This document shows, piece by piece, positions 1-6,261 of a DNA stretch of 9,974 bases. Positions within the stretch are counted from its first letter, which is position 1; each line of letters opens with the position of its first letter. Origin of the DNA: an archaeon (GTDB taxonomy: Archaea; Iainarchaeota; Iainarchaeia; Iainarchaeales; CSSED10-239); assembly GCA_037147375.1 (NCBI GenBank), contig JBAWVI010000031.1:1-9974 (forward strand), in the 5' to 3' direction. The notes under the pieces are model-generated. The model did no database searches. It was not told the DNA's origin and saw only the letters and a program-made list of their open reading frames with translations. The position numbers were made by a program, and so were the translations under genes.

Positions 1-2
1 AG

Positions 3-206
3 AAAGAATATGATATTGCTACAAAGATAGGAAATAGATATTCTCTGGATTTTCTAAAGAAAGAAGTAGATAAATGTGTTCTTGTTTGTGAGAATTGTCA
101 TAGAGAAATCCATCAAGAAGAAATAGATAAGATAAACGAGCCAATAGAAGATGCTTATGTAGCTAAATTAAATGAAGTAAGTAAAGCATCTTTGTTTAAA
201 ATTTAA
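3..206 (+). CDS. HNH endonuclease, C-terminal fragment (5' end lies outside the window)
   Basis: Frame 3 is open from the window edge to TAA at 204-206. My translation is KEYDIATKIGNRYSLDFLKKEVDKCVLVCENCHREIHQEEIDKINEPIEDAYVAKLNEVSKASLFKI. The CENCHREIH block (C-x-x-C-H-x-x-x-H) is the distal Cys pair plus His of the HNH/His-Me finger motif. It is absent from the ORF track because it has no start codon in the window. Confidence 0.6.
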   Translation, partial: KEYDIATKIGNRYSLDFLKKEVDKCVLVCENCHREIHQEEIDKINEPIEDAYVAKLNEVSKASLFKI

Positions 207-221
207 TTTAATTTGTAAAAG

Positions 222-239
222 TGTCCAACAAATATAGCA
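222..239 (+). repeat. Direct repeat copy 1: TGTCCAACAAATATA(G)CA
   Basis: 15 nt (222-236) are identical to 2362-2376, and 17 of 18 nt match over 222-239 versus 2362-2379. It lies in the 37-nt spacer between the HNH fragment and the convergent 244-867 gene. Confidence 0.5.
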
Positions 240-243
240 AACT

Positions 244-867
244 CTATTTATATCTATTGGGTATTTTCACATAGTTTGGCAAGATAATTATTTCTCTTGT
301 GAATTTTTCCTTGCTCACTAAATCAAGCTTTATATTCTTTGGAACTAATTGGTTATGTTTAATGTCTGAGAACCTAGCCTCTATTTCCTTAACAAACTTT
401 GGGTTTGAGAGGTTCTCTGTCGTAAACTTAATAGGCAAAGGAACAGAATGTCCTCTCAGACCCATATACCCTTGGAAACTAAAATAATTATCAAAATAAC
501 TCATTGCAAGTTCGCGAAGAGTCTTGTATACTGGATGCCTATATCTTAGCCCAAGAAATTTACTTTGAGCAATAGCTCCATATAATCCTTTCACCTTAAA
601 CACACACAAGACATGATCTTCATCTTTAACAGCAGTTAAATCTATTAAAAAAGTTTTAATCTTATGCTCTTGCAAAACAAAGCAAGCAAACATTGCTGCT
701 TCAAGGCAGTCTCCTTTCTTTTCTCTCATTACATTAAAAACAGATATTCTCTTTCCTGTGTTGTATCCAATTACATTAACAAACTCTTGGATCTTCCAAG
801 GAGCCTTAAGAGAAGTTATTATTCTCTGCTCTTCTTTACTAAAAATATTAAGTTTATTATTCTTCAT
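244..867 (-). CDS. Transglutaminase-like / papain-fold cysteine peptidase superfamily protein (putative)
   Basis: 207-aa ORF. KKGDCLEAAMFACFVL resembles the G-x-C-x-x-x-A nucleophile helix of transglutaminase-like cores. A downstream EDHVLCVF could supply the His, and several Asp residues follow, consistent with a Cys-His-Asp triad. No Shine-Dalgarno-like element is present. A TATA-like box sits about 26 nt upstream of the ATG. Confidence 0.55.
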   Translation of the reverse strand: MKNNKLNIFSKEEQRIITSLKAPWKIQEFVNVIGYNTGKRISVFNVMREKKGDCLEAAMFACFVLQEHKIKTFLIDLTAVKDEDHVLCVFKVKGLYGAIAQSKFLGLRYRHPVYKTLRELAMSYFDNYFSFQGYMGLRGHSVPLPIKFTTENLSNPKFVKEIEARFSDIKHNQLVPKNIKLDLVSKEKFTREIIILPNYVKIPNRYK

Positions 868-889
868 CTAAAAATAAAGCATGCAAAGT

Positions 890-897
890 TATTTAAA
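890..897 (-). promoter_or_regulatory. Candidate archaeal TATA box (TTTAAATA on the minus strand) for a leaderless 244-867 transcript
   Basis: The reverse complement of 890-897 is TTTAAATA. Its centre is about 26-27 nt from the A of the ATG at 867, the canonical archaeal TATA-to-TSS distance, and no SD lies between. AT-rich DNA produces many TATA-like strings, so confidence is low. Confidence 0.3.
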
Positions 898-963
898 CCT
901 AATATACTACATATAATTAAGGTTTTAAAGAAAAATAAGGTAATATTTGAGAGATGATTATAT

Positions 964-1200
964 ATGTACGGTGATGTTAGACCATCTATGTTTGGTAATA
1001 AAGCAAAAGAAAAACAAGAACAAGTAAAAGCATCAACTAAAGATGTAGCTTATCTTAGAAGACCATATAGAGGAAGAGAAGTAATAGTTTTTATTGATAA
1101 AGATGATAATTTTTATACAAATTTTGATAATACTAGATGTTCACATTTCTCTGAAGCTTTGCAGAAAGCTTATGAGAAGATTAATCAAGGAGAATTTTAA
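964..1200 (+). CDS. Hypothetical small protein (78 aa)
   Basis: ORF with no competing frame and a weak purine-rich stretch (gagagatga) upstream. I recognise no motif. It is divergent from 244-867. Confidence 0.5.
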   Translation: MYGDVRPSMFGNKAKEKQEQVKASTKDVAYLRRPYRGREVIVFIDKDDNFYTNFDNTRCSHFSEALQKAYEKINQGEF

Positions 1201-1226
1201 TTAAAAGATATTGGAGGGTATAAAAA

Positions 1227-1526
1227 ATGGAAATTTTCGCATTATTAGGACTTACTTTAGTAATTGTTGCATGGGTAATGCAGTTATTATCAACTATTAA
1301 AGGAAGTAAATCAATTCAACCACAATTCGTTTTATTTTATTTAATTGGTGTTATATTTCTTGTAATTGATGGTTTTATAAGCGGACTTAATGATATTGCT
1401 TTCTTAAATTTAGTGTGTTTACTTATATCATTTGCTGTATTTGTTAGATTAATAAGTATAGATCATGAACACCCAAAAGCAATCGTTGTTAAAGCAAAAC
1501 CTAAATCAAAAAGAAAGAAGAAATAA
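1227..1526 (+). CDS. Small 3-TM membrane protein with a Lys-rich tail (possibly SemiSWEET/PQ-loop-like, not established)
   Basis: GGAGGG lies 8 nt upstream of the ATG. There are three hydrophobic segments (about residues 3-21, 34-52, 57-76) and a KAKPKSKRKKK tail. The size (99 aa), 3-TM layout and the I-x-G-x-x-S-G...N-x-V pattern in TM2-TM3 recall SemiSWEET. The canonical PQ after TM1 is not clearly present. Confidence 0.6.
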   Translation: MEIFALLGLTLVIVAWVMQLLSTIKGSKSIQPQFVLFYLIGVIFLVIDGFISGLNDIAFLNLVCLLISFAVFVRLISIDHEHPKAIVVKAKPKSKRKKK

Positions 1527-1528
1527 AT

Positions 1529-1551
1529 CTTTCTTTTTTTTCTTATTTTTT
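1529..1551 (+). terminator. Oligo-T tract downstream of 1227-1526
   Basis: tctttcttttttttcttatttttt begins 3 nt after the TAA and contains a T8 run (1534-1541) and a T6 run (1546-1551). Oligo-T is the usual archaeal termination signal. The tract overlaps the 3' end of the convergent vapC. Confidence 0.4.
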
Positions 1552-1974
1552 AATTACTTTTCTTGGATTAATTACTTTAATTCCTTTGATCTTTTTAAAA
1601 TCATTTTCATTAAAAGTGTAAATTGTTGTTATGTTATTGTCCAACATATTCTGTAATAGTAAAGCATCATAAAAGTTTATATTTTTCTCGAAAGATAAGC
1701 TTAATGCATCAGAAACTGTGGATTGATTATAGTGAATTATTTCAAACATATTTTGGATGTTAATAAGATCTTCCTTTAGCTTCTCTTTATCACTTATCTT
1801 TAACTTACCCCTTGTAATATTTGCATATTCTTCTAAGTTTTGGATACTTATACAAGCTTTATGCTCGTTATATAGCTTTAGGATAAGGTTTCTTGCACTC
1901 TCTTTTCTATCTTTATCATTATTTGTGTAAGCTGCAATAAGTACATCTGTATTAATCAAGCATTTATCTACCAT
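1543..1974 (-). CDS. vapC: PIN-domain ribonuclease toxin, VapC family
   Basis: 143 aa. The N-terminal LINTDVLI gives the first PIN acidic residue (D10). NLEEY gives E48/E49, NFYDALLL gives D103, and TFNENDF gives D125. Together these form the conserved acidic quartet in the usual order and spacing. The gene overlaps the upstream antitoxin gene by 11 nt. Confidence 0.8.
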   Translation of the reverse strand: MVDKCLINTDVLIAAYTNNDKDRKESARNLILKLYNEHKACISIQNLEEYANITRGKLKISDKEKLKEDLINIQNMFEIIHYNQSTVSDALSLSFEKNINFYDALLLQNMLDNNITTIYTFNENDFKKIKGIKVINPRKVIKK

Positions 1975-2209
1975 AATAATCAGCTCTTATTTTTGGGTTT
2001 TTTGCTCCCTTTCCTACTTTTGTAGATCCTTCAATTGATGTTAATTTTAAGAAATCTTCAGAAATATTTGCTTTTTCAGTAGCTAGTTTTAATATAGCTT
2101 TGATAATAGTTTTTGAAAGAGCATCCTTTCTATCTCCATAATGTGCTTTAGCTGCATCACGAAGCATTTTTTCAGAAGTCTTATCAAGAGATATTGTAAT
2201 TACACCCAT
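1964..2209 (-). CDS. vapB: Antitoxin, ribbon-helix-helix (VapB-like)
   Basis: 81 aa. The N-terminal ITISLDKTSEKMLRDAAK fits an RHH beta-strand plus helix. It sits immediately upstream of the PIN gene and overlaps it (1964-1974). GAGGGG lies upstream of the ATG. Confidence 0.7.
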   Translation of the reverse strand: MGVITISLDKTSEKMLRDAAKAHYGDRKDALSKTIIKAILKLATEKANISEDFLKLTSIEGSTKVGKGAKNPKIRADYYGR

Positions 2210-2361
2210 ATAATCCCCTCACATTGATTTCGGCTTTATTTATATTATAACGAATAGAACAAAAGGTTTTTAAATCTTGTTAATTAAGTAACTAACTAAT
2301 TAAATAGTTAATTATTTAAATAAACCATTAAGTAGATAATTTAAATTATTTTAATAACTAC

Positions 2362-2379
2362 TGTCCAACAAATATAACA
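2362..2379 (+). repeat. Direct repeat copy 2: TGTCCAACAAATATA(A)CA
   Basis: Second copy of the 222-239 motif, in the same orientation. It lies in the 268-nt spacer upstream of vapB. Confidence 0.5.
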
Positions 2380-2447
2380 GGTAAATAATAGAGACTGCAA
2401 TTGTGTATTATGTTTATCAATCTATTTTTGATCTTAAAAAATAAGAA

Positions 2448-2469
2448 ATAAACCCTAATTAGGGTTTAT
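2448..2469 (-). terminator. Perfect 22-nt palindrome followed by a T-run: hairpin terminator of the 3287-2478 secreted-protein operon
   Basis: ATAAACCCTAA/TTAGGGTTTAT is self-complementary over 2448-2469. On the minus strand it starts 8 nt after the stop codon and is followed by TTCTTATTTTTT (2447-2436). Confidence 0.55.
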
Positions 2470-2477
2470 CTTTTTTA

Positions 2478-3008
2478 TTAATTACAGATTCCATCATATG
2501 CGATTGGGACATTATCTGCAACACATTCATTACAATAGGTCTTTCCATCAACTCCACACACGCCAGGACAATCCATTGTACAAATCTTTTCTGGTATTGT
2601 TTTTTCGTAAACCCCATCTTTGCATAACTCTCTCATGAATGCCCATTCTTCACAAGCTGTTCCATTTGCAAAATTACAAATTCCAATCTGCCCAGCTGAT
2701 GTATCTATTATACTTAAAGTTCCACCATTATTTATACAATAAGTAGAAGCTGGATTTGCAATCTGAGTTGTTGGGCAAGAAGTTACTTCCCATCCACAAG
2801 TTTTTTCTGCAGTTAATAAACATCTTCCAGTAGGTCCAGAATAATTTATTCCATCAGGGCACAATATGATTGGTCTATCCATTGCAGGCCCACACTTAGA
2901 TACATCACAAGTACTACCAATTGTTTTTGGTATATAGTTACTCCAGATTAATAATCCAGCAACAACTGCAACCAAAATAACAATTCCAATAATTATTACT
3001 TTATTCAT
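2478..3008 (-). CDS. Secreted or membrane-anchored cysteine-rich protein with DUF333 and Kazal-type inhibitor-like domains
   Basis: The N-terminal signal anchor is MNKVIIIGIVILVAVVAGLLIW. Residues 84-129 (nt 2622-2759), ANPASTYCINNGGTL...GICNF.NGTACEEWAFMRELC, match the DUF333 pattern NPAS.YC...GG...G.C.....C.EWAF.RG.C. Residues 143-175 (nt 2484-2582), CTMDCPGVCGVDGKTYCNECVADNVPIAYDGIC, match the Kazal core [PG]VCG.DG.TY.N.C.A...G.C. I count 16 Cys. Confidence 0.8.
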   Translation of the reverse strand: MNKVIIIGIVILVAVVAGLLIWSNYIPKTIGSTCDVSKCGPAMDRPIILCPDGINYSGPTGRCLLTAEKTCGWEVTSCPTTQIANPASTYCINNGGTLSIIDTSAGQIGICNFANGTACEEWAFMRELCKDGVYEKTIPEKICTMDCPGVCGVDGKTYCNECVADNVPIAYDGICN

Positions 3009-3017
3009 TTAATTTCC
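2974..3017 (-). repeat. Duplicated RBS plus signal-anchor module, copy 1
   Basis: 44 nt match 3253-3296 with one mismatch (2999 c versus 3278 a). The module covers the GGAAATTAA-ATG ribosome-binding region and codons 1-11 (MNK[V/L]IIIGIVI). Confidence 0.8.
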
Positions 3018-3287
3018 CCCTTTTTGTTTAATACAAGTGCCCATCGAATCAGATGTAGTTGGATTTTTCTGCATTTTACATGTATATCCATCTGGACATC
3101 CAAATCCAGCAATTCCTCCACACACACAAACTCCTGTTCCAAATATTATATTTACTCCATAACTTGAATTTCCTGCTTCACAAAATTCTCTTGTAACTGC
3201 TTCTGATTTATATTTTTGTAAAAATAAGAATCCAGAAATCAAGATAGCAATTAAAATAACAATTCCAATAATTATTAATTTATTCAT
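3009..3287 (-). CDS. Small secreted cysteine-rich protein (92 aa)
   Basis: GGAGGAAATTAA precedes the ATG. The signal anchor MNKLIIIGIVILIAILISGFLFL is nearly identical to that of the downstream gene. The mature part has 6 Cys, including CGGIAGFGCPDGYTC. Its stop codon abuts the ATG of 2478-3008 with no gap. Confidence 0.7.
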   Translation of the reverse strand: MNKLIIIGIVILIAILISGFLFLQKYKSEAVTREFCEAGNSSYGVNIIFGTGVCVCGGIAGFGCPDGYTCKMQKNPTTSDSMGTCIKQKGGN

Positions 3288-3296
3288 TTAATTTCC
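3253..3296 (-). repeat. Duplicated RBS plus signal-anchor module, copy 2
   Basis: See 2974-3017. It has the same orientation and lies 279 nt away. Confidence 0.8.
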
Positions 3297-3378
3297 TCCA
3301 TATCCACTGATACCAAATAACTTAACTTCCAAAAGTCTATTAAACCTTATCTTTCTATTATATATAGGGGTTTATTTT

Positions 3379-4767
3379 ATGAAGAACAAAGAAAGATCTA
3401 ATTTTAAAGCTAATAAAAGCATATATGATGTTATAATTGTTGGTGCAGGACCTGCTGGTCTCTTTTGTGCAACAGAAATATCTAAACTAAGTAAAGATAC
3501 TAAAATTTTAATTATTGATAAAGGAAACCTAGTTGAAAACAGAAAAAAGAATGAAGTTATGACTGGTTTTGGAGGAGCAGGTACCTTCTCTGATGGTAAA
3601 CTCCATTTCACTCCAGTTCTTTCTCATGAAAAAATGTTCCATCTTTATTCAAAGGAAGAATATCAAAAATATCTAGATTATGTTGAAGAAGAATTTCTAT
3701 CTTTAGGAGTTCCAAAAGACTATTATCCAAAGAACCTAAAAGAAGCTCAAGAGATGGTTGATAAAGCAGAAAGAAACAATATTAAGCTATTTATTAGAAA
3801 AACAATTCATGTTGGAACAGATAAGCTAGTACCAATCATCAAAAAGATTCAAGATAAGCTAAAGAACAACAAAAACATCACTCTCCTCCCATTAACAGAG
3901 GTTACTGACCTAATTGTTAATAAAAAACAAGTGGAAGGAGTAGTAATTTCTAATGGAAAGAAAGTCTATGGTAAGAAGATAGTTTGTGCTCCAGGAAGAT
4001 ATAATGCTTCTTGGGTTGAAAAAATAACAGATAAATACAAAATAGATAAGGTATTTGATAAGGTTGAAGTTGGAGTAAGAGTTGAATTCCCATCTTCAAT
4101 TAATTCTGCTCATTCAGAGCAAATGTATGAAACTATCTATTATATGTATACTCCAACCTTTGATGATGTTGTAAGAACCTTCTGTCCTTGCCCTAAAGGA
4201 TATGTAGCTTTAGAAGATTATAAAGATTATGTTTGTGTAAATGGATATTCTAACTCAACTAATGATGGAGTTAATTCAAACTTTGCTTTAGTTGTTGAGA
4301 TTAATCTAACAGAACCACTTGAATCTACAAGAAAATATGCTGAGTTCATAGCTCGTGGTGTTACTTTAATAGGTGCAGGTAAACCAATAGTTCAAAGATA
4401 TAAAGATCTTAAAATGGGAAGAAGATCAACTACAGAAAGATTAGGAAATGCACATATTACTCCTTCTTTAAAGGAAGCTGTTCCAGGAGATATTGGAATG
4501 GCTATGCCTTACAGAATAACTAAAGATTTAATTGAAGGAATTGAGATGTTATCAAAGATTCTTCCTGGCCTTAACGGAGATTCAACTTTCCTTTATGCTC
4601 CTGAAGTTAAGTTTAGATCAAATAAGATAAAGACAGATAAGTATCTAGAAACAGATATTAAGAATCTTTATATGCTTGGAGATGGAGCTGGAGTTTCTGG
4701 TAATATAATAGGAGCTGCAATTTCTGGTGTTGTTTGTGGAAGAGGAATCTTACACAAAAAGAAATAA
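3379..4767 (+). CDS. FAD-dependent protein, COG2509-type uncharacterised dehydrogenase family
   Basis: 462 aa. YDVIIVGAGPAGLFCA is a GxGxxG dinucleotide-binding fold, followed by IIDKG. FGGAGTFSDGKL and the C-terminal LGDGAGVSGNIIGAAISGVVCG are typical of this family. AGGGG lies upstream of the ATG. Confidence 0.85.
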   Translation: MKNKERSNFKANKSIYDVIIVGAGPAGLFCATEISKLSKDTKILIIDKGNLVENRKKNEVMTGFGGAGTFSDGKLHFTPVLSHEKMFHLYSKEEYQKYLDYVEEEFLSLGVPKDYYPKNLKEAQEMVDKAERNNIKLFIRKTIHVGTDKLVPIIKKIQDKLKNNKNITLLPLTEVTDLIVNKKQVEGVVISNGKKVYGKKIVCAPGRYNASWVEKITDKYKIDKVFDKVEVGVRVEFPSSINSAHSEQMYETIYYMYTPTFDDVVRTFCPCPKGYVALEDYKDYVCVNGYSNSTNDGVNSNFALVVEINLTEPLESTRKYAEFIARGVTLIGAGKPIVQRYKDLKMGRRSTTERLGNAHITPSLKEAVPGDIGMAMPYRITKDLIEGIEMLSKILPGLNGDSTFLYAPEVKFRSNKIKTDKYLETDIKNLYMLGDGAGVSGNIIGAAISGVVCGRGILHKKK

Positions 4768-4799
4768 TTTATAAACCTAAGTTAACTAAATAATTACTA

Positions 4800-5186
4800 G
4801 TGATATTTATTATGGTTGAGAAACAAGAGCAAGAAAGTGCAGCAGCAGGTGTTGTAGATTTTATTTATAGAACTATTTATGGATTATTATTATCAACAGG
4901 TCTTGTTATCTTAAATAATATAATTGACTTCTTTTGGGGTTCTCAAATAATTCAGATATATATTACAATAACTTCATCAATAATTCTTTCTGCGTATTTT
5001 ATATTTCATAAATTTTCAAAGGTTAGTTTTGTTTATTTACTTGGATGGGTTATTGGATTATTTATTTTATATAAGCTTGATTTATCATTTTTTAGTTTAA
5101 GTATGCAACAATTAGTTTTATGGGTTGTTTTACCAGTAATAATTTTAATAGTTAGAGGAATAACTAGTAGGAAAAGAGGAAATTAG
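4800..5186 (+). CDS. Small polytopic membrane protein, paralog A
   Basis: 128 aa from GTG 4800. ATG 4812 (MVEKQEQ...) is an equally plausible start. It has about four hydrophobic segments. It aligns along its length with the next ORF: FSKVSFVYLLGWVIGLFILYKLDL versus FTKANFFYLVGWIVGIFLLYEAEL. Confidence 0.7.
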   Translation: MIFIMVEKQEQESAAAGVVDFIYRTIYGLLLSTGLVILNNIIDFFWGSQIIQIYITITSSIILSAYFIFHKFSKVSFVYLLGWVIGLFILYKLDLSFFSLSMQQLVLWVVLPVIILIVRGITSRKRGN

Positions 5187-5193
5187 ATTAGAT

Positions 5194-5586
5194 ATGCAAC
5201 CACCAAAACTTTATCATCATGCACATCATACTTGGCATGGAACAACTGCCTTTGTTTTAAAAATTATTAAAAGTTTATTATTGTTAGGTGCACTATTATT
5301 AATTAATGGATTTACTGAATATTTTTTAGGTAAAGAAGTTATATCTTATCTTGCAATTCTTTTAATAACTGTTTTATTTTCAATGTATGCAGTAATTTCT
5401 CATTTCACTAAAGCTAATTTTTTTTATTTAGTTGGATGGATTGTAGGTATATTTTTATTATATGAAGCAGAACTTCCATTCTTAGAGTTTGATGCAATAC
5501 ATCTATCAATCTATATCGGAGTTCCATCAATAATGTTTATAGTTAGATTTATTATGTATCTTTATTCAGATAGAGAAAAATTTTAG
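5194..5586 (+). CDS. Small polytopic membrane protein, paralog B, with a His-rich N-terminus
   Basis: 130 aa, starting 7 nt after the stop of paralog A. It has the same hydrophobic pattern and the conserved GW[VI][VI]G[IL]F[IL]LY core. The N-terminus, YHHAHHTWH (nt 5212-5238), has 5 His in 8 residues (H8-H15). Confidence 0.75.
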   Translation: MQPPKLYHHAHHTWHGTTAFVLKIIKSLLLLGALLLINGFTEYFLGKEVISYLAILLITVLFSMYAVISHFTKANFFYLVGWIVGIFLLYEAELPFLEFDAIHLSIYIGVPSIMFIVRFIMYLYSDREKF

Positions 5587-5602
5587 TAGGTAAGGAATAG
5601 AT

Positions 5603-6247
5603 ATGGCTAAATTAATGAATAAACTAATTGATCCAATATTTAAAAGGAAAATCAATAAACGCTTAGACGCAATTAGAAAAACACATATTGAATCTCTTCC
5701 TAAGAAATCATTTGCAAAGAAATTTCAAGATAAATTTAAATCTCGCAAGGATATGGGAAAAGAGAGAGCATTAATAAGATTTAAAGAAGATAAATCAATG
5801 CATGATATATCTTTAATTAGAAATTTAGGAGGAGCATTAAGTGCAGATTTTTTATTACGAAGAATAGCAAGAAAACATGGTTATAATATAAAAGAAGCAA
5901 CTGATATTCATCAGCATCCAATGTCAGAAAATACAATTTGTAAACCATCAGCTACTGATTTAATTACCTTTGGTGAATTTTATATAGAACACAAAATACA
6001 TAAATTTCAAATTTCATATATGGATAATAATAATATAAAAGAAATTGGAAGAACATATCTTCAAATTAAGCAAGATAAAAGATCAGTACAAGCTTTAATG
6101 AATGAAATTACAAATATTAATAAATTAAATAATAAATCTAGAAAAACCACTGATAATTATAATAATTTAATTGAATGTTTCAACATTAAACAAATTGGGT
6201 TAAATGGATATAAATATAATCTAGAAACAAAAAAGTTTATTAAATAA
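5603..6247 (+). CDS. Hypothetical protein, highly basic N-terminal third, no recognisable domain
   Basis: 214 aa. AGGTAAGGA lies upstream of the ATG. It starts 16 nt after the previous gene and ends 14 nt before the CDPS gene. The N-terminus is Lys/Arg-rich (KRKINKRLDAIRK...KKSFAKKFQDKFKSRK). I recognise no motif. Confidence 0.65.
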   Translation: MAKLMNKLIDPIFKRKINKRLDAIRKTHIESLPKKSFAKKFQDKFKSRKDMGKERALIRFKEDKSMHDISLIRNLGGALSADFLLRRIARKHGYNIKEATDIHQHPMSENTICKPSATDLITFGEFYIEHKIHKFQISYMDNNNIKEIGRTYLQIKQDKRSVQALMNEITNINKLNNKSRKTTDNYNNLIECFNIKQIGLNGYKYNLETKKFIK

Positions 6248-6261
6248 TAATTCTGATTTTC

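Noticed and set aside
299-957. + strand ORFs 299-487 and 664-957.
   Set aside because: They are shadow ORFs antisense to the 244-867 gene, with no motifs and no RBS. The second runs through the divergent promoter region.
1639-1647. Partial third copies of the direct-repeat core: TGTCCAACA inside vapC (1639-1647) and CTGTCCAA at 9081-9088.
   Set aside because: They match over only 8-9 nt, lie inside coding sequence and diverge immediately afterwards. That is within chance expectation for a 10-kb window.
1465-1656. 63-aa + strand ORF overlapping the 3' ends of 1227-1526 and vapC.
   Set aside because: It reads through the oligo-T tract (FFFFLFF) and overlaps two supported genes, so it is spurious.
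2270-2360. AT-only stretch with reiterated TAA/TTAA words (taattaagtaactaactaattaaatagttaattatttaaataa). I considered it as a repeat array, att site or CRISPR leader.
   Set aside because: It has no regular period and no spacer-repeat structure, only short imperfect self-similarity of the kind expected in low-complexity AT-rich promoter DNA.
3372-3611. 79-aa minus-strand ORF overlapping the start of the FAD-dependent protein gene.
   Set aside because: It is antisense to the GxGxxG-encoding region of a confidently called gene. Its translation is low-complexity and it lacks an RBS.
3379-4767. Calling the FAD protein a cyclodipeptide oxidase (AlbA/AlbB-type) tailoring enzyme.
   Set aside because: Known cyclodipeptide oxidases are two-subunit nitroreductase-like flavoenzymes. 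This is a single 462-aa GxGxxG protein of COG2509 type. Only adjacency links it to the CDPS, so a role in the cluster remains a hypothesis, not an annotation.
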